Shown: positions 9,939-20,319, numbered from the whole stretch's first letter. The stretch: 63,861 bases of DNA, filler included, from an uncultured Synergistales bacterium (GCA_937897575.1; 12 parts of 12 records of this genome joined end to end with filler, not necessarily neighbours in it); one strand, 5' to 3'. Translations and numbers: made by a program. Notes: generated by a model not told the origin, from the sequence alone.

Positions 9939-10346
9939 ATGACGATAAAACTTGGATTTGTCGTCGCGGAGTTCAACCGCGACATCACCTATATGATGGA
10001 GATCGAGGCCCGCGAACATGCCCGGTTCCTCGGGGCGGAGGTAACCGAGACGTTCTACGTCCCCGGCGCCTACGATATGCCGCTCGCCATCAAGAAACTG
10101 CTCAACGAGGGGAATGTCGACGCGGTCGTCACCATCGGGTGCGTCATCGAGGGCGCCACCCAGCACGACGAGATCGTCGTCCAGCATGCCGCGCGTAAGA
10201 TCATCGACCTCTCTCTCGAGTACGATAAGCCCGTCTCCCTCGGCATCTCCGGGCCGGGGATGACCCGGATGGAAGCGACCGAGCGTATCGACTACGCCAA
10301 GCGTGCTGTGGAGTCGGCCGTGAAGATGGTCCAGCGATTGGGATGA
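9939..10346 (+). CDS. ribH: 6,7-dimethyl-8-ribityllumazine synthase (archaeal type)
   Basis: [29 protein letters not shown] and LGISGPGM. Confidence 0.95.
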   Translation: MTIKLGFVVAEFNRDITYMMEIEAREHARFLGAEVTETFYVPGAYDMPLAIKKLLNEGNVDAVVTIGCVIEGATQHDEIVVQHAARKIIDLSLEYDKPVSLGISGPGMTRMEATERIDYAKRAVESAVKMVQRLG

Positions 10347-11473
10347 AGAGCCTCTCAGAAAAGGTTTCTGGCATACCTCCCTCCGCGACGATAGAGATCT
10401 CGAACGCCGCGAAGAAAATGGCCGCGGAGGGCGTCGACGTCGTCAGCCTCTCGATCGGGGAGCCGGACTTCGACACCCCGACGCACATCAAGGAGGCCTG
10501 CATCGACGCCCTCCGCCGTGGGGAGACGCACTACGCCCCGAGCACCGGGATTCCTGCGCTGACGGGCGCGATAGCGGAGAAGATAACCCGGGAAAACGGG
10601 TTTTCTGCACGGCAGGGCGAGGTGATCGTCACTTGCGGGGCGAAGGACGCCATCTACGAGGCGATGGAGGCCGTGCTGAACCCCGGAGACGAGGTGATCG
10701 TCCTCGATCCCTCGTGGGTCTCCTACGAGCCCTGCGCCCGGCTCAGCGGTGCGCGCGCCCGGCACCATGCTCTCTCTCCCGCGACGTTTCAGGTCGACGA
10801 TACGCTGCTTGAGGCCGTCGGGACCCGGACGAAGATGATCGTGGTCAACTCTCCCTCGAACCCCTCCGGTGCGGTGCTGAACGGGGACTCAATCCGGCTG
10901 ATCGCCGATATCTGCCGGGACCACGACCTTTTCGCTCTCTCCGACGAGATCTACGAGAAGCTGGTCTACGGGAAGGAGCATGTCTCTCTCGCCTCCCTTC
11001 CCGGGATGGCGGAACGGACGATCACCGTCAACGGGTTCTCGAAGGCCTACGCGATGACCGGGTGGCGGATCGGCTACGCGGTCGCACCCCGGCCGGTCAT
11101 CAGGCAGATGGAGAAGGTGCAGCAGCACACCATATCGCACCCGACGACGTTTGCGATGTTCGGCGCCCTCGCTGCGCTCCGGGGCAGCCAGGACTGCGTT
11201 GAATCGATGCGCCGCGAGTTCGAGCGTCGGCGCGACTACTTTGTCCCGGCGCTCCGCGACCTCGGCTACGCCACGGCTCCTGCGGACGGGGCGTTCTACG
11301 CCTACGTGATGGTCGAGGGCGACGATATGGCGATCGCCCGCTCGTGGCTCCGTGAGGCCCACGTGGCGGTCACCCCGGGAACTGCGTTCGGCACCCCCGG
11401 CTGGCTCCGCCTCTCCTACGCGACCTCGATGGAAAGCCTCAGGGAAGCCGTCGGGCGGATCGCGCGAATCTAA
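10343..11473 (+). CDS. aspC: PLP-dependent aspartate aminotransferase (class I/II)
   Basis: [21 protein letters not shown] and [19 protein letters not shown] overlap with ribH. Confidence 0.92.
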   Translation: MKSLSEKVSGIPPSATIEISNAAKKMAAEGVDVVSLSIGEPDFDTPTHIKEACIDALRRGETHYAPSTGIPALTGAIAEKITRENGFSARQGEVIVTCGAKDAIYEAMEAVLNPGDEVIVLDPSWVSYEPCARLSGARARHHALSPATFQVDDTLLEAVGTRTKMIVVNSPSNPSGAVLNGDSIRLIADICRDHDLFALSDEIYEKLVYGKEHVSLASLPGMAERTITVNGFSKAYAMTGWRIGYAVAPRPVIRQMEKVQQHTISHPTTFAMFGALAALRGSQDCVESMRREFERRRDYFVPALRDLGYATAPADGAFYAYVMVEGDDMAIARSWLREAHVAVTPGTAFGTPGWLRLSYATSMESLREAVGRIARI

Positions 11474-11594
11474 ACGACCTTATCTTTGTATGAAAATCTG
11501 CGAAGGGTGTTGGTGGCCTCTCCTCTCTCACCCATGGCCACCCGGCCATTTTAATTCTCTATGCATGTTGCCCGGGCACCATGAGGGTTTTTAG

Positions 11595-14500
11595 CTAATT
11601 ATCCGTCCACATCTCGCACTGACCGATGACGGTGGCGATAGCGTCTTCCATACCCTCCGGAGGGTACTTGTACTTCTTCAGCAGTTTCTTGACCATGCGG
11701 CGCATACCGGCGCGGGCGGACTCCTTCTTCTGCCAGTCGATGGTACGGTTTTTGCGGAGCATATCCGTGAGTTCGTGGGTCATCGCCACGAGTTCCTCGT
11801 TCTGGTAGAAGTCCTTGACAGCTTCGGGTCGGGTCAGGGCATCGTAGAACGCCAACTCCTCGTCGGTCAAGCCCATCGCGTCGCCCTCCGCTTGGGCAGA
11901 AGCCATATCCTTTGCCATCTTCATCAGTTCGGCGATGACTTCCTCGTTGGAGAGCATACCGTTGAGGTACGCTTTCATTGCACGGGAGAGCATTTCTGAG
12001 AATTTCTCGCTCTTGACGAGGTTCGTCCGGCGGTAAAGCGACACCTGCTCGGCAAGCAGCTTTTTCAAAATCTCGACGGCAAGGTTGCGCTCTTTCATCT
12101 TGGCGATTTCATCGAGGAACTTCGGGTCGAAGAGCGAAAATTCCGTGTTTACGTCGGAGAACAGGTTGATAACGCCCTCGCTCTGAATGCTCGCTTTCAG
12201 CAGTTCGTTGATACGGGCGTTGATTTCTTTCAGGGAGAGTGGCTTGCCCTCACCTGTGATACGGGTGAGGAGTGTCCGCACCGCCTCAAAGTAGGCGGCT
12301 TCAAACCGCTGCTCGGCATTGAGCAGCGAGCGGCAGAGGGACAAAGCCTGACGGAGTAGCATTGCCTCTTTGATAAATACGTCCTTTTTGCTCGGCGTGT
12401 CCGCGTAAGCCGCCGACGACTCGGCGACCATTGAAGCCCGCCGGTTGTAACCTTCACGGACCACACTGGACTTTGCTCTTTCAATGCTCGAAAGGAAGTT
12501 CACGCCGCCCGTAATGGTCCTGGCACGGACAAGGTCGCTCTCGGTCGCCATAAACGCCGAGTAGTCGAAGCCGTGGAATAGATCGCGGCAAACTTCCAGT
12601 TTCTCGATGAACTTCGGCAGCGCAGTCTTGGCAATGTCGGTATCGCCGTAGTTGTTCTTGTCGCGGTTGGTGTAGTCGTTCATCGCCTGCTTCAGCGCGG
12701 AAGCGATGCCGACGTAATCGACCACCAAGCCGCCTTCTTTATCCTTGTAAACACGGTTGACACGAGCGATTGCCTGCATCAGGCTGTGTCCCGCCATCGG
12801 CTTGTAAACGTACATTGTAGCCAGTGACGGCACGTCAAAACCCGTCAGCCACATATCAACAACGATAGCGATTTTCAGCGGGTCGTCATTGTCCTTGAAC
12901 CGATTTGCCATCTCGTTGCGGTGGCGTTTGTTGCCGATGACGCCCCGCCACCCTTCGGGGTCTTTGTTACTCTCAGTCATCACCACGCCGACCTTCTCCG
13001 CCCATTCGGGGCGAAGTTCCAACAGTTTACGATAGATTTTCATGGCGATAGCGCGGGAATAGGAGACTATCATCGCCTTGCCCGTCAATTCGTACTGGCG
13101 GTTCTCCTCGTAGTGCTTGATGATGTCCTCGCACAGGGTGGTTATGGTCTGCTCCGCGCCGAGGATGGATTCCATCTGTCCGAGTTCCTTCTTGCTTTTC
13201 TCAATGGCATATGGCTCGGCGTTTTGTGCCATAATGTCGTACTCAGCATCTATGCGCCGTAGAATATCTTCGTCCAGTTTTAGGTGGATGACACGGCTCT
13301 CGTAGTAGACGGGGCGGGTCGCGCCGTCCTCCACGGCTTGGGTCATATCGTAGATGTCGATGTAGTTGCCGAACACCTCGATGGTGGAGCGGTCTTTGCT
13401 TGAAATAGGCGTTCCCGTAAAGCCTATGTAGGTCGCGTTGGGCAGGCTGTCGCGGATAATGCGAGCCGTCCCGAGGATGACACGGCCTGTTTTCGCATCC
13501 ACCTTTTCCTCCAAGCCATACTGCCCGCGATGGGCTTCATCAGCCATCACAACGATATTTCGGCGGTCGGAGAGGATTTCGAAGGATTCCTCGAACTTCT
13601 GCATCGTGGTGAAGATGATGCCATTGGCTTGCCGTCCTGCGAGTAGTTCTTTCAGGTGAACACGGCTTTCGGCGTGTAGGGGTGTTTGGCGTAGGAAGGA
13701 CGCGCACTTGGCAAACTGCCCGAAAAGCTGGTCGTCAAGGTCGTTGCGATCTGTGAGGACAACGATGGTTGGCGAGTTCAGAGCCTCTTGGAGTAGATGG
13801 GCGTAGAACACCATCGACAGCGATTTGCCGCTGCCCTGGGTATGCCAGAACACGCCGCCCTTGCCATCCGTGACGGTGGCTTTGACTGTGGAGGCTACGG
13901 CTTTCCGCACGGCGAAATACTGGTGATACGCACCGAGAATTTTTGCGTCCCCAGAGAAGCAGATGAAGTTCCTGATAATGTCGAGCAACCGCACCTTGTC
14001 GAACATTCCCTCAATGAAAGTGTCGAATTGGGCGTACTGCGTATTCTCGTAACTGCCGTCTTTCGTTTTCCACTCCATAAAACGGTCTTCACCCGCCGTG
14101 AGAGTTCCCGCCCTGGACATGGCAAGATCGCTCATCACGAGAAAGGCGTTGTAGATGAACAGGGACGGTATCTCGTGCATATAGTTCCGCAGTTGCAGAA
14201 ACGCCTCACTCACATCGGTTTCCTCGCGGGAGGGCGACTTCAACTCAAACACGACCACAGGCAGACCGTTCAGGAACACGATAATGTCCGGGCGTTTTTC
14301 GCTGTTCTCGGTGATTGTCCACTGGTTGGCGATAATGAACGAGTTCCGTTCTACGTTCTCGTAGTCCACGAGATACACGAGCGCAGCCCGTTGCTCGCCC
14401 CTGTCGTAATAGTTGATCGATACGCCGTTTTGGAGGTAATCCATAAACTGAACATTCTTCTGCTGGAATGTGCCGCCCTCGAAATTCTGCAGTTTATATA

Positions 14501-14687
14501 TCGCCTCGGCAAGCGCGGCTTCCGGAAGTTTCGGATTGACCTTCCGCAGGGCGGGCAGCAACTCGTCTGTATAGAGCGGGTCGGTGTAGTCCCGCGTCAG
14601 GTCGGGCGCGTAAACATAGTCGTAGCCCAGGGTGCCGCGGAACACCTCTATGACAGCGTTTTCGTAGTTGGCTTCAGTATATGGCAT
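11595..14687 (-). CDS. hsdR: Type I restriction endonuclease subunit R
   Basis: RPDIIVFLNGLPVVVFELK nuclease motif, WHTQGSGKS Walker A, DEAHR, FTGTP and MWLTGFD. Confidence 0.97.
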   Translation of the reverse strand: MPYTEANYENAVIEVFRGTLGYDYVYAPDLTRDYTDPLYTDELLPALRKVNPKLPEAALAEAIYKLQNFEGGTFQQKNVQFMDYLQNGVSINYYDRGEQRAALVYLVDYENVERNSFIIANQWTITENSEKRPDIIVFLNGLPVVVFELKSPSREETDVSEAFLQLRNYMHEIPSLFIYNAFLVMSDLAMSRAGTLTAGEDRFMEWKTKDGSYENTQYAQFDTFIEGMFDKVRLLDIIRNFICFSGDAKILGAYHQYFAVRKAVASTVKATVTDGKGGVFWHTQGSGKSLSMVFYAHLLQEALNSPTIVVLTDRNDLDDQLFGQFAKCASFLRQTPLHAESRVHLKELLAGRQANGIIFTTMQKFEESFEILSDRRNIVVMADEAHRGQYGLEEKVDAKTGRVILGTARIIRDSLPNATYIGFTGTPISSKDRSTIEVFGNYIDIYDMTQAVEDGATRPVYYESRVIHLKLDEDILRRIDAEYDIMAQNAEPYAIEKSKKELGQMESILGAEQTITTLCEDIIKHYEENRQYELTGKAMIVSYSRAIAMKIYRKLLELRPEWAEKVGVVMTESNKDPEGWRGVIGNKRHRNEMANRFKDNDDPLKIAIVVDMWLTGFDVPSLATMYVYKPMAGHSLMQAIARVNRVYKDKEGGLVVDYVGIASALKQAMNDYTNRDKNNYGDTDIAKTALPKFIEKLEVCRDLFHGFDYSAFMATESDLVRARTITGGVNFLSSIERAKSSVVREGYNRRASMVAESSAAYADTPSKKDVFIKEAMLLRQALSLCRSLLNAEQRFEAAYFEAVRTLLTRITGEGKPLSLKEINARINELLKASIQSEGVINLFSDVNTEFSLFDPKFLDEIAKMKERNLAVEILKKLLAEQVSLYRRTNLVKSEKFSEMLSRAMKAYLNGMLSNEEVIAELMKMAKDMASAQAEGDAMGLTDEELAFYDALTRPEAVKDFYQNEELVAMTHELTDMLRKNRTIDWQKKESARAGMRRMVKKLLKKYKYPPEGMEDAIATVIGQCEMWTDN

Positions 14688-14807
14688 AGGATAGCCTTCG
14701 CTTACATTCTATCGTCGCGCCCAAAGGTGATAAATCTCCTTAATTAACTTGTCTTTCATACTTCCTCCTGCCTTTCGATAAAAATTTGTTTTTTAGAGGC
14801 AGGGGGA

Positions 14808-14864
14808 GTGATAAATCATCATTTAGAGCAGATGGCGCAGGCGATCTTTAAGTCCTGGTTCGTG
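14808..14864 (+). pseudogene. hsdS: hsdS half-gene starting at the conserved spacer, opposite strand to hsdR, cut by the contig end
   Basis: Translates VINHHLEQMAQAIFKSWFV, the HsdS conserved coiled-coil motif; only about 120 bp separate it from hsdR, so there is no room for an N-terminal TRD. Confidence 0.75.
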
Positions 14865-14964
14865 NNNNNNNNNNNNNNNNNNNNNNNNNNNNNNNNNNNN
14901 NNNNNNNNTTAATTAATTAANNNNNNNNNNNNNNNNNNNNNNNNNNNNNNNNNNNNNNNNNNNN

Positions 14965-15225
14965 GGGCACTCCGGCGGACAGCGCGCGGAAGCCGCCGCT
15001 CCCCTCATACATGCGCACCATGGAGTACAGAAAGGTGATCCGCCTGTTCCATTCCTCGAACTCGGTTCGGACTCGTCGAAAGAGACGCCGCTGCTCCTCG
15101 ACGGAGCGGATGAGGGCATCGCGCTTGCGCTCGAGCAGCTTCCGGCCGTACTGGACGGCCACTATCCGCCTTCGCGTCGCGAGGAGCTGTTCTCGTGTCG
15201 GTGAGGCGGACGAGGATCGATTCAC
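14965..15225 (-). CDS. atpD: V/A-type ATP synthase subunit D, N-terminal part
   Basis: PTREQLL..GRKLLERKRDALI; GTG overlaps the corrected subunit B stop. Confidence 0.85.
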
Positions 15226-16615
15226 TGCTCCCCCTCCCGGGATGGGTGTCGGTTGTCCCGGACGTAGGCCTCGGGTAGTTTGAAGAGCTCCCGCTCGGGA
15301 AGCACCGAGAGGCACTCCCAGGCGCTCCTGGCCGACGCCTCCAGGGTGCGGCCCCTCTTCCCCTGGCCCACGAACTTCTTTCGAAGAGGGAGCCGAAGAC
15401 GAGATATTTCCGCTCAACCGCCGTGAGCCCGTCGTCCCCCACGATAAGGCGCATCCGCTCCACCTCCCGGGCCTTCGCATAGGACGCGTAGAGCTGGTCG
15501 GCGAGGGCGCGGTGCTGCGGGAAGGTCTTTCCCTTTCCGATTCCCTTGTTCATGAGCCTGCTGAGGCACGGGAGCACGTCGATGGGCGGGAAGACGTCCC
15601 GTTCGTGCATGGTCCGGTCGAGGGTGATCTGCCCCTCCGTGATGTAGCCCGAGAGGTCGACGACCGGATGGGTCATGTCGTCGTCGGGCATGGTGATGAT
15701 CGGAAGCTGGGTGACGCTCCCGGGGAGCCCCTCCACGCACCCCGCCCGCTCGTAGAGCTCGGCGAGGTCCGAGTACATGTACCCGGGGTAGCCCCTTCGC
15801 CCCGGCACCTCGTCCCTCGCGGCCCCCACCTCCCGGAGGGCGTCGCAGTACGCCAGCATATCCGTCATGACCACGAGGACGTTGTACCCTCTTTCGAAGG
15901 CGAAGTACTCCGCCGCCGTGAGGGCCACCCTCGGGGTGAGGAGGCGCTCCACCGTCGAATCGCCGGCGAGGTTGAGGAAGACGACGCTGTTGCCCAATAT
16001 CCCCGAGCTCCGGAAGGAGTCCAGGAAGAACTGGGCCTCCCTCTGGGTGATGCCGAGGGCGGCGAAGACCACCAAAAAAGGGTCCGACGTCCCGGGGATC
16101 CTCGCCCCGCGCACGATCTGCACAGCCAGGTCGCTCACCGGCAGCCCCGCGCCGGAGAAGATGGGGAGCTTCTGGCCCCGCACCAGCGTGTTCATCATGT
16201 CGATGGCCGATATCCCCGTCTCCACGTAGGTGTCGGGGCTTCGACGGCGGATGGGGTTGATCGGCGCCCCGTTCACCGGGAGCACAGCCGAGGCGGGGAT
16301 TGGCAGACCGTCCAGCGATCGCCCGCGGCCGTCGAAAACTCGCCCGATCAGAAACTCGCCCACGGGGACCCTCAGAACATCCCGTTCGACCCAGACCGTC
16401 AGCGAACGGGCGTCGAGGCCCATGGTCCCCTCGAACACCTGCACCACCGCCACACCCTCCTGAACTTGAAGGATCTGTCCGGTCCTGCGGACGCCCGACG
16501 AGGACTCCACCGCCACGATCTCGCCGTAGGCGGGCCGGGAAAGCCCCCGTACGAAGAGCAGCGACCCGCTCATCCCCTCCACGTCCCGGAAGCCCTCCCG
16601 ATAGAGTGTACTCAT
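15222..16615 (-). CDS. atpB: V/A-type ATP synthase subunit B (1-nt frameshift near 15380)
   Basis: TGISAIDMMNTLVRGQKLPIFSG, PGRRGYPGYMYSDL and YITEGQI; the C-terminus KFVGQG..RTLE..AWECLSVLP continues in another frame to TGA at 15222. Confidence 0.92.
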
Positions 16616-18381
16616 GACACTGCCTCCTCACGGCGCAGAAGAAGGGTCTCCAACCGGCTGAACCACTTCGCCCCCTCGGACTCCATCGCTTCGGCGTCCC
16701 GGGCCCGCAGCCGGAGAAGCTCCTCCTGGATCGGAAGATCCTCCACCTGTTCGTAGAGCGCCCCTTTGGACAGGGCCCTTCGAACGAGTTCGTCCACCCT
16801 CCGGAGGAGGTCCAGAAAGGTCCTCTGCCGTTCGAGGGAATAGGTCGCGTCCTCGGGCGAAAAGGCGTTCTGCTGAAGATAGAGGATCCGGACGAACTCC
16901 GCCATGGCGAGGGTCCACGTGTCCTCCTCGGACAGTCCGTCCCGCCCCACAAGCTGAACGAGGGCCAGAAGAGACTGCTCCCGCTCCATAAGCTCCCGGA
17001 CGTAGCTCTTCAGGTCGAACCACTCGTCCCCGAGCCTCCGCCGGAACCAGGGCGCCAGCATGTCCTCGTAGAGGGTGTAGCTCTGGCGCCAGTTGATCGC
17101 CGGGAAATGCCGCTGCTGCGCCAAAGCCTTGTCCAGGGCCCAGAAGGCCCCGGAGAGGCGAAGGCTCGTCTGGGTCACGGGCTCCGAAAAATCGCCGCCC
17201 GCAGGGGACACGGCGTTCACGACGGTGACCGAGCCCGTCCGGTCCGGGGCGCCGAGGGGCACGCACCGGCCCGCCCGTTCGTAGTACTGGGCGAGGCGGG
17301 AGCCGAGATAGGCGGGATACCCCTCCTCGCCGGGCATCTCCTCCAGGCGGCCGCTGATCTCCCGGAGGGCTTCGGCCCATCGGGACGTCGAGTCGGCCAT
17401 GATGGCCACGTTGTGCCCCATATCCCTGAAATATTCGCCTATGGTCATGCCGAGATAGATGCTCGCCTCCCGCGCCGCGACGGGCATATTGGACGTGTTG
17501 GCTACAAGGACCGTCCTGTCCATGAGGGGACCGCCTGTGGCGGGGTCCAGGAGTTCGGGAAATTCCTCCAGAACCTCCGTCATCTCGTTGCCCCGCTCGC
17601 CGCACCCGATATAGACGATGACGTCGGCGGAGCACCACTTCGCCAGGGACTGCTGCGTGACGGTCTTCCCCGTCCCGAAGCCGCCGGGCAGAACGGCCGC
17701 GCCGCCCAGTGGGATGGGGAACAGGGTGTCGAGAACGCGCTGCCCGCTCAGCAGGGGGACTTCGAAGGGAAGGCGGCGGGCGAGGGGCCGGGGGACCCTG
17801 AGCCGCCATCGGTGCACCATGGAGAATGCCCGGCCGTCCTCGGTCTGGACCAGATCGGCTCTCGGGCCGTACTCCCCCTCAGGCGCAACCCAGGCAACGA
17901 CGCCCGGGCTCTCCTCGGGCGGCATCATAACGTGGTGCGTGAAGAAGGCGTTCTCCCGAACCGAGCCGATGAAGTCGCCCGAGGAGAGGCTCTGTCCCGG
18001 GTGCACCATCGGGGTGAAGGGGTAGGCTCTTTCGTCGCCTATGGAGTCGAGGTGGGCGCCCTTCGGAAGATAGACGCCCTGTCGACCCAGGGGGCGCAAG
18101 GGACGGCCGATGCCGTCGAAAACGCCGCCAAGCAGGCCGGGGCCGAGGTCCACCGATAAGAGACCGCCCTCGAACAGCACCTCGTCCCCCACGCACAGCC
18201 CCGTGGTGTCCTCGTAGACCTGGACGCGGACGCACTCCCTCTCGACCCGGATCACCTCGCCCAGGAGTCTGTCCCGTCCGACCCTCGCCACCTCGAACAT
18301 GGCCACGGAACGCTCCGAGGCGGCCGTCACCACCGGACCGGAAATGCCTGTCACCGTGCCTTTTTTCTCCACCACCGTCAC
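16612..18381 (-). CDS. atpA: V/A-type ATP synthase subunit A
   Basis: ISGPVV, PGGFGTGKT Walker A, GCGERGNEM, NTSNMPVAAREAS and EMPGEEGYPAYL. Confidence 0.95.
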   Translation of the reverse strand: MTVVEKKGTVTGISGPVVTAASERSVAMFEVARVGRDRLLGEVIRVERECVRVQVYEDTTGLCVGDEVLFEGGLLSVDLGPGLLGGVFDGIGRPLRPLGRQGVYLPKGAHLDSIGDERAYPFTPMVHPGQSLSSGDFIGSVRENAFFTHHVMMPPEESPGVVAWVAPEGEYGPRADLVQTEDGRAFSMVHRWRLRVPRPLARRLPFEVPLLSGQRVLDTLFPIPLGGAAVLPGGFGTGKTVTQQSLAKWCSADVIVYIGCGERGNEMTEVLEEFPELLDPATGGPLMDRTVLVANTSNMPVAAREASIYLGMTIGEYFRDMGHNVAIMADSTSRWAEALREISGRLEEMPGEEGYPAYLGSRLAQYYERAGRCVPLGAPDRTGSVTVVNAVSPAGGDFSEPVTQTSLRLSGAFWALDKALAQQRHFPAINWRQSYTLYEDMLAPWFRRRLGDEWFDLKSYVRELMEREQSLLALVQLVGRDGLSEEDTWTLAMAEFVRILYLQQNAFSPEDATYSLERQRTFLDLLRRVDELVRRALSKGALYEQVEDLPIQEELLRLRARDAEAMESEGAKWFSRLETLLLRREEAVS

Positions 18382-18382
18382 C

Positions 18383-18640
18383 TCACCGCCCTGCAGTCGC
18401 AGAAGGAAACTGAATCCACACGACATGAGACCTCTCCATGCGCCTTCTTGTGGCCTCCGGAACTCTGTCGAACCACTCCTGCTCCACCACCACGAAGGCC
18501 TTGCCGTCTCCGGACATGGACGAGAGAAGCCCGTGGGCATCCGCCGGCGATTCGCAGAGAACGGGGATGAACCCCGCGAGGGACCAGAGGTCGATGAATA
18601 TCTGACGGCCGGCCACATAGCCTGCGGGGGACATCGTCAT
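18383..18640 (-). CDS. atpF: V/A-type ATP synthase subunit F (divergent)
   Basis: 85-aa ORF between C and A with SLAG motif; position matches the E-C-F-A-B-D order. Confidence 0.65.
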   Translation of the reverse strand: MTMSPAGYVAGRQIFIDLWSLAGFIPVLCESPADAHGLLSSMSGDGKAFVVVEQEWFDRVPEATRRRMERSHVVWIQFPSATAGR

Positions 18641-19710
18641 GAGAGGCTCTCCCCCCCTAGGCGCACAAGGTGCCGCTCGATCTCCGTGTCCGACAGCCCC
18701 ATGGAGAGGCCGACGGCGATGAGGGAGAGCCTGCGCCACTCCGAGAGCACCCGAGCGACGTACCCGACGGTCACGTCGATTCCGAGGAGGTCTTTCCTGT
18801 ACAGCTCCTCCTGCCAAGAGAAGAAGGCGCGGTGGAAGAGCCGATGCACCTCCGACGCCGATGCCCCCTCCTGCCAACCCCGAGGGAAACGCCACCCGGA
18901 CGCCAAGAAGAGATCCCGGGCTGCGGACGTGTTCTCCAACCGCTCGAGGGAGAGCCCCCAACCGCCGGGAAGAAAGGCTCTCGCCGCACGCTGCGGTTCG
19001 GTGGCGGACAAACGCCGGAGCCAGACGCCGACGTTCCATGTATCCGTCAGCCGCCCCAGAAACTCCCTCATGCGGTCTCCGTTCTGGCCGGAGACCGCCT
19101 TCAGAGCCGATCCCCAGTGAGCGAGCCATCGGGTGAGGAGGAGGCGCCGTGCCCGCTCGGAGTCTTCGTAGGTATTGAGGTGCCGGAAGGCGTCCGCCAG
19201 CAGCGCGGCCAGGCCGTCCTCCCTCTCGCTGCATCGGACGGCCGCGTCGACCGGTGCCGGGCAGTCGTACCACAGTTCATCGTAGAACGTCGTGCCGAGA
19301 AGGGCATATCGGTGCCACTGCGGCCCCTGGACGGACCGGTCCCTGCCCTTGAAGGACCGGAGAAGGGCCTGCCCGTTGTACAGATCGCCAAGGGAGAGCA
19401 CGATGGAGAGCAGGAACGCCGCCTCCCCCTCGGCCACGGAGAAGATCGCCGTGATGGCGTCCGCGCTGCCTGCGGCGAGCGCATCCTCAACCCTGTGCAG
19501 CAGCGAGGGGTTGTCGCCGGCAAGCTGCTCGCGGTATCGGGGCGCGTAGAGATCGCTCTCCAGCAGAAAGAGCTCCATCTCCTCCAGAGTCCCGCGGGCA
19601 AGGGCGCCGATCTGCTCCGCCGAGAGCAACCTGGTCCCTCTCGCCCGGGTCACGGCGTTCAGGTATTCATAGTTTGGCGATGTCCGACTCGATCCCGGCG
19701 AAACGTTCAT
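18637..19710 (-). CDS. atpC: V/A-type ATP synthase subunit C (divergent)
   Basis: YEYLNAVTRARGTRLLS at the N-terminus, LLGIDVTVGYV..E..LSLIAVG near the C-terminus. Confidence 0.8.
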   Translation of the reverse strand: MNVSPGSSRTSPNYEYLNAVTRARGTRLLSAEQIGALARGTLEEMELFLLESDLYAPRYREQLAGDNPSLLHRVEDALAAGSADAITAIFSVAEGEAAFLLSIVLSLGDLYNGQALLRSFKGRDRSVQGPQWHRYALLGTTFYDELWYDCPAPVDAAVRCSEREDGLAALLADAFRHLNTYEDSERARRLLLTRWLAHWGSALKAVSGQNGDRMREFLGRLTDTWNVGVWLRRLSATEPQRAARAFLPGGWGLSLERLENTSAARDLFLASGWRFPRGWQEGASASEVHRLFHRAFFSWQEELYRKDLLGIDVTVGYVARVLSEWRRLSLIAVGLSMGLSDTEIERHLVRLGGESLS

Positions 19711-20219
19711 TCATTCTCCGTGAAAGATCCGTGAAGAACTCGGGAAGCAGCTTCTCCCACCGGGCCGCGAGGGTATTGTCGATCACTCTGTCCCCCGAAA
19801 GGACCCTGCAGCCCCCTCCCCACTCCTCGTCCGTCCCCAGGATCTCCGCACCTTCCCAGAGCGTCCCGGGCATCATCCGCGGCGGAAGAAGAGCGACGTC
19901 CTCCCTTTCCACGACGACCGCCGCCGGCCGCCCGACGAGGGCGAGGGCCTCCTCGGCGAGCCCGACGAGGAGGCGGGCATAGGCCGGGCTATCCTCCGAC
20001 CGCAGGAGTCCGATGCGCCGCCGGATCTCCGATTCCCCTGCGTCCCGCTCCGCCTGGAATGCCTGCAACATCCTCTCACGGGCGTATGACAGCACCGCAC
20101 TCCGCTTCTCCCGGGCAAGACGGGCGAATCGCTCCTCCTGCTCCCTCCGCATGGCACGCACGGCGATCTCCACGGAGCGCCTTCTCTCGGCGATGAGGTC
20201 GCCGATCTCCCGCTCCACC
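19667..20219 (-). CDS. atpE: V/A-type ATP synthase subunit E (5' truncated)
   Basis: Coiled-coil N-terminal half and GGCRVLSGDRVIDNTLAARW. Confidence 0.8.
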
Positions 20220-20319
20220 NNNNNNNNNNNNNNNNNNNNNNNNNNNNNNNNNNNNNNNNNNNNTTAATTAATTAANNNNNNNNNNNNNNNNNNNNNNNNN
20301 NNNNNNNNNNNNNNNNNNN

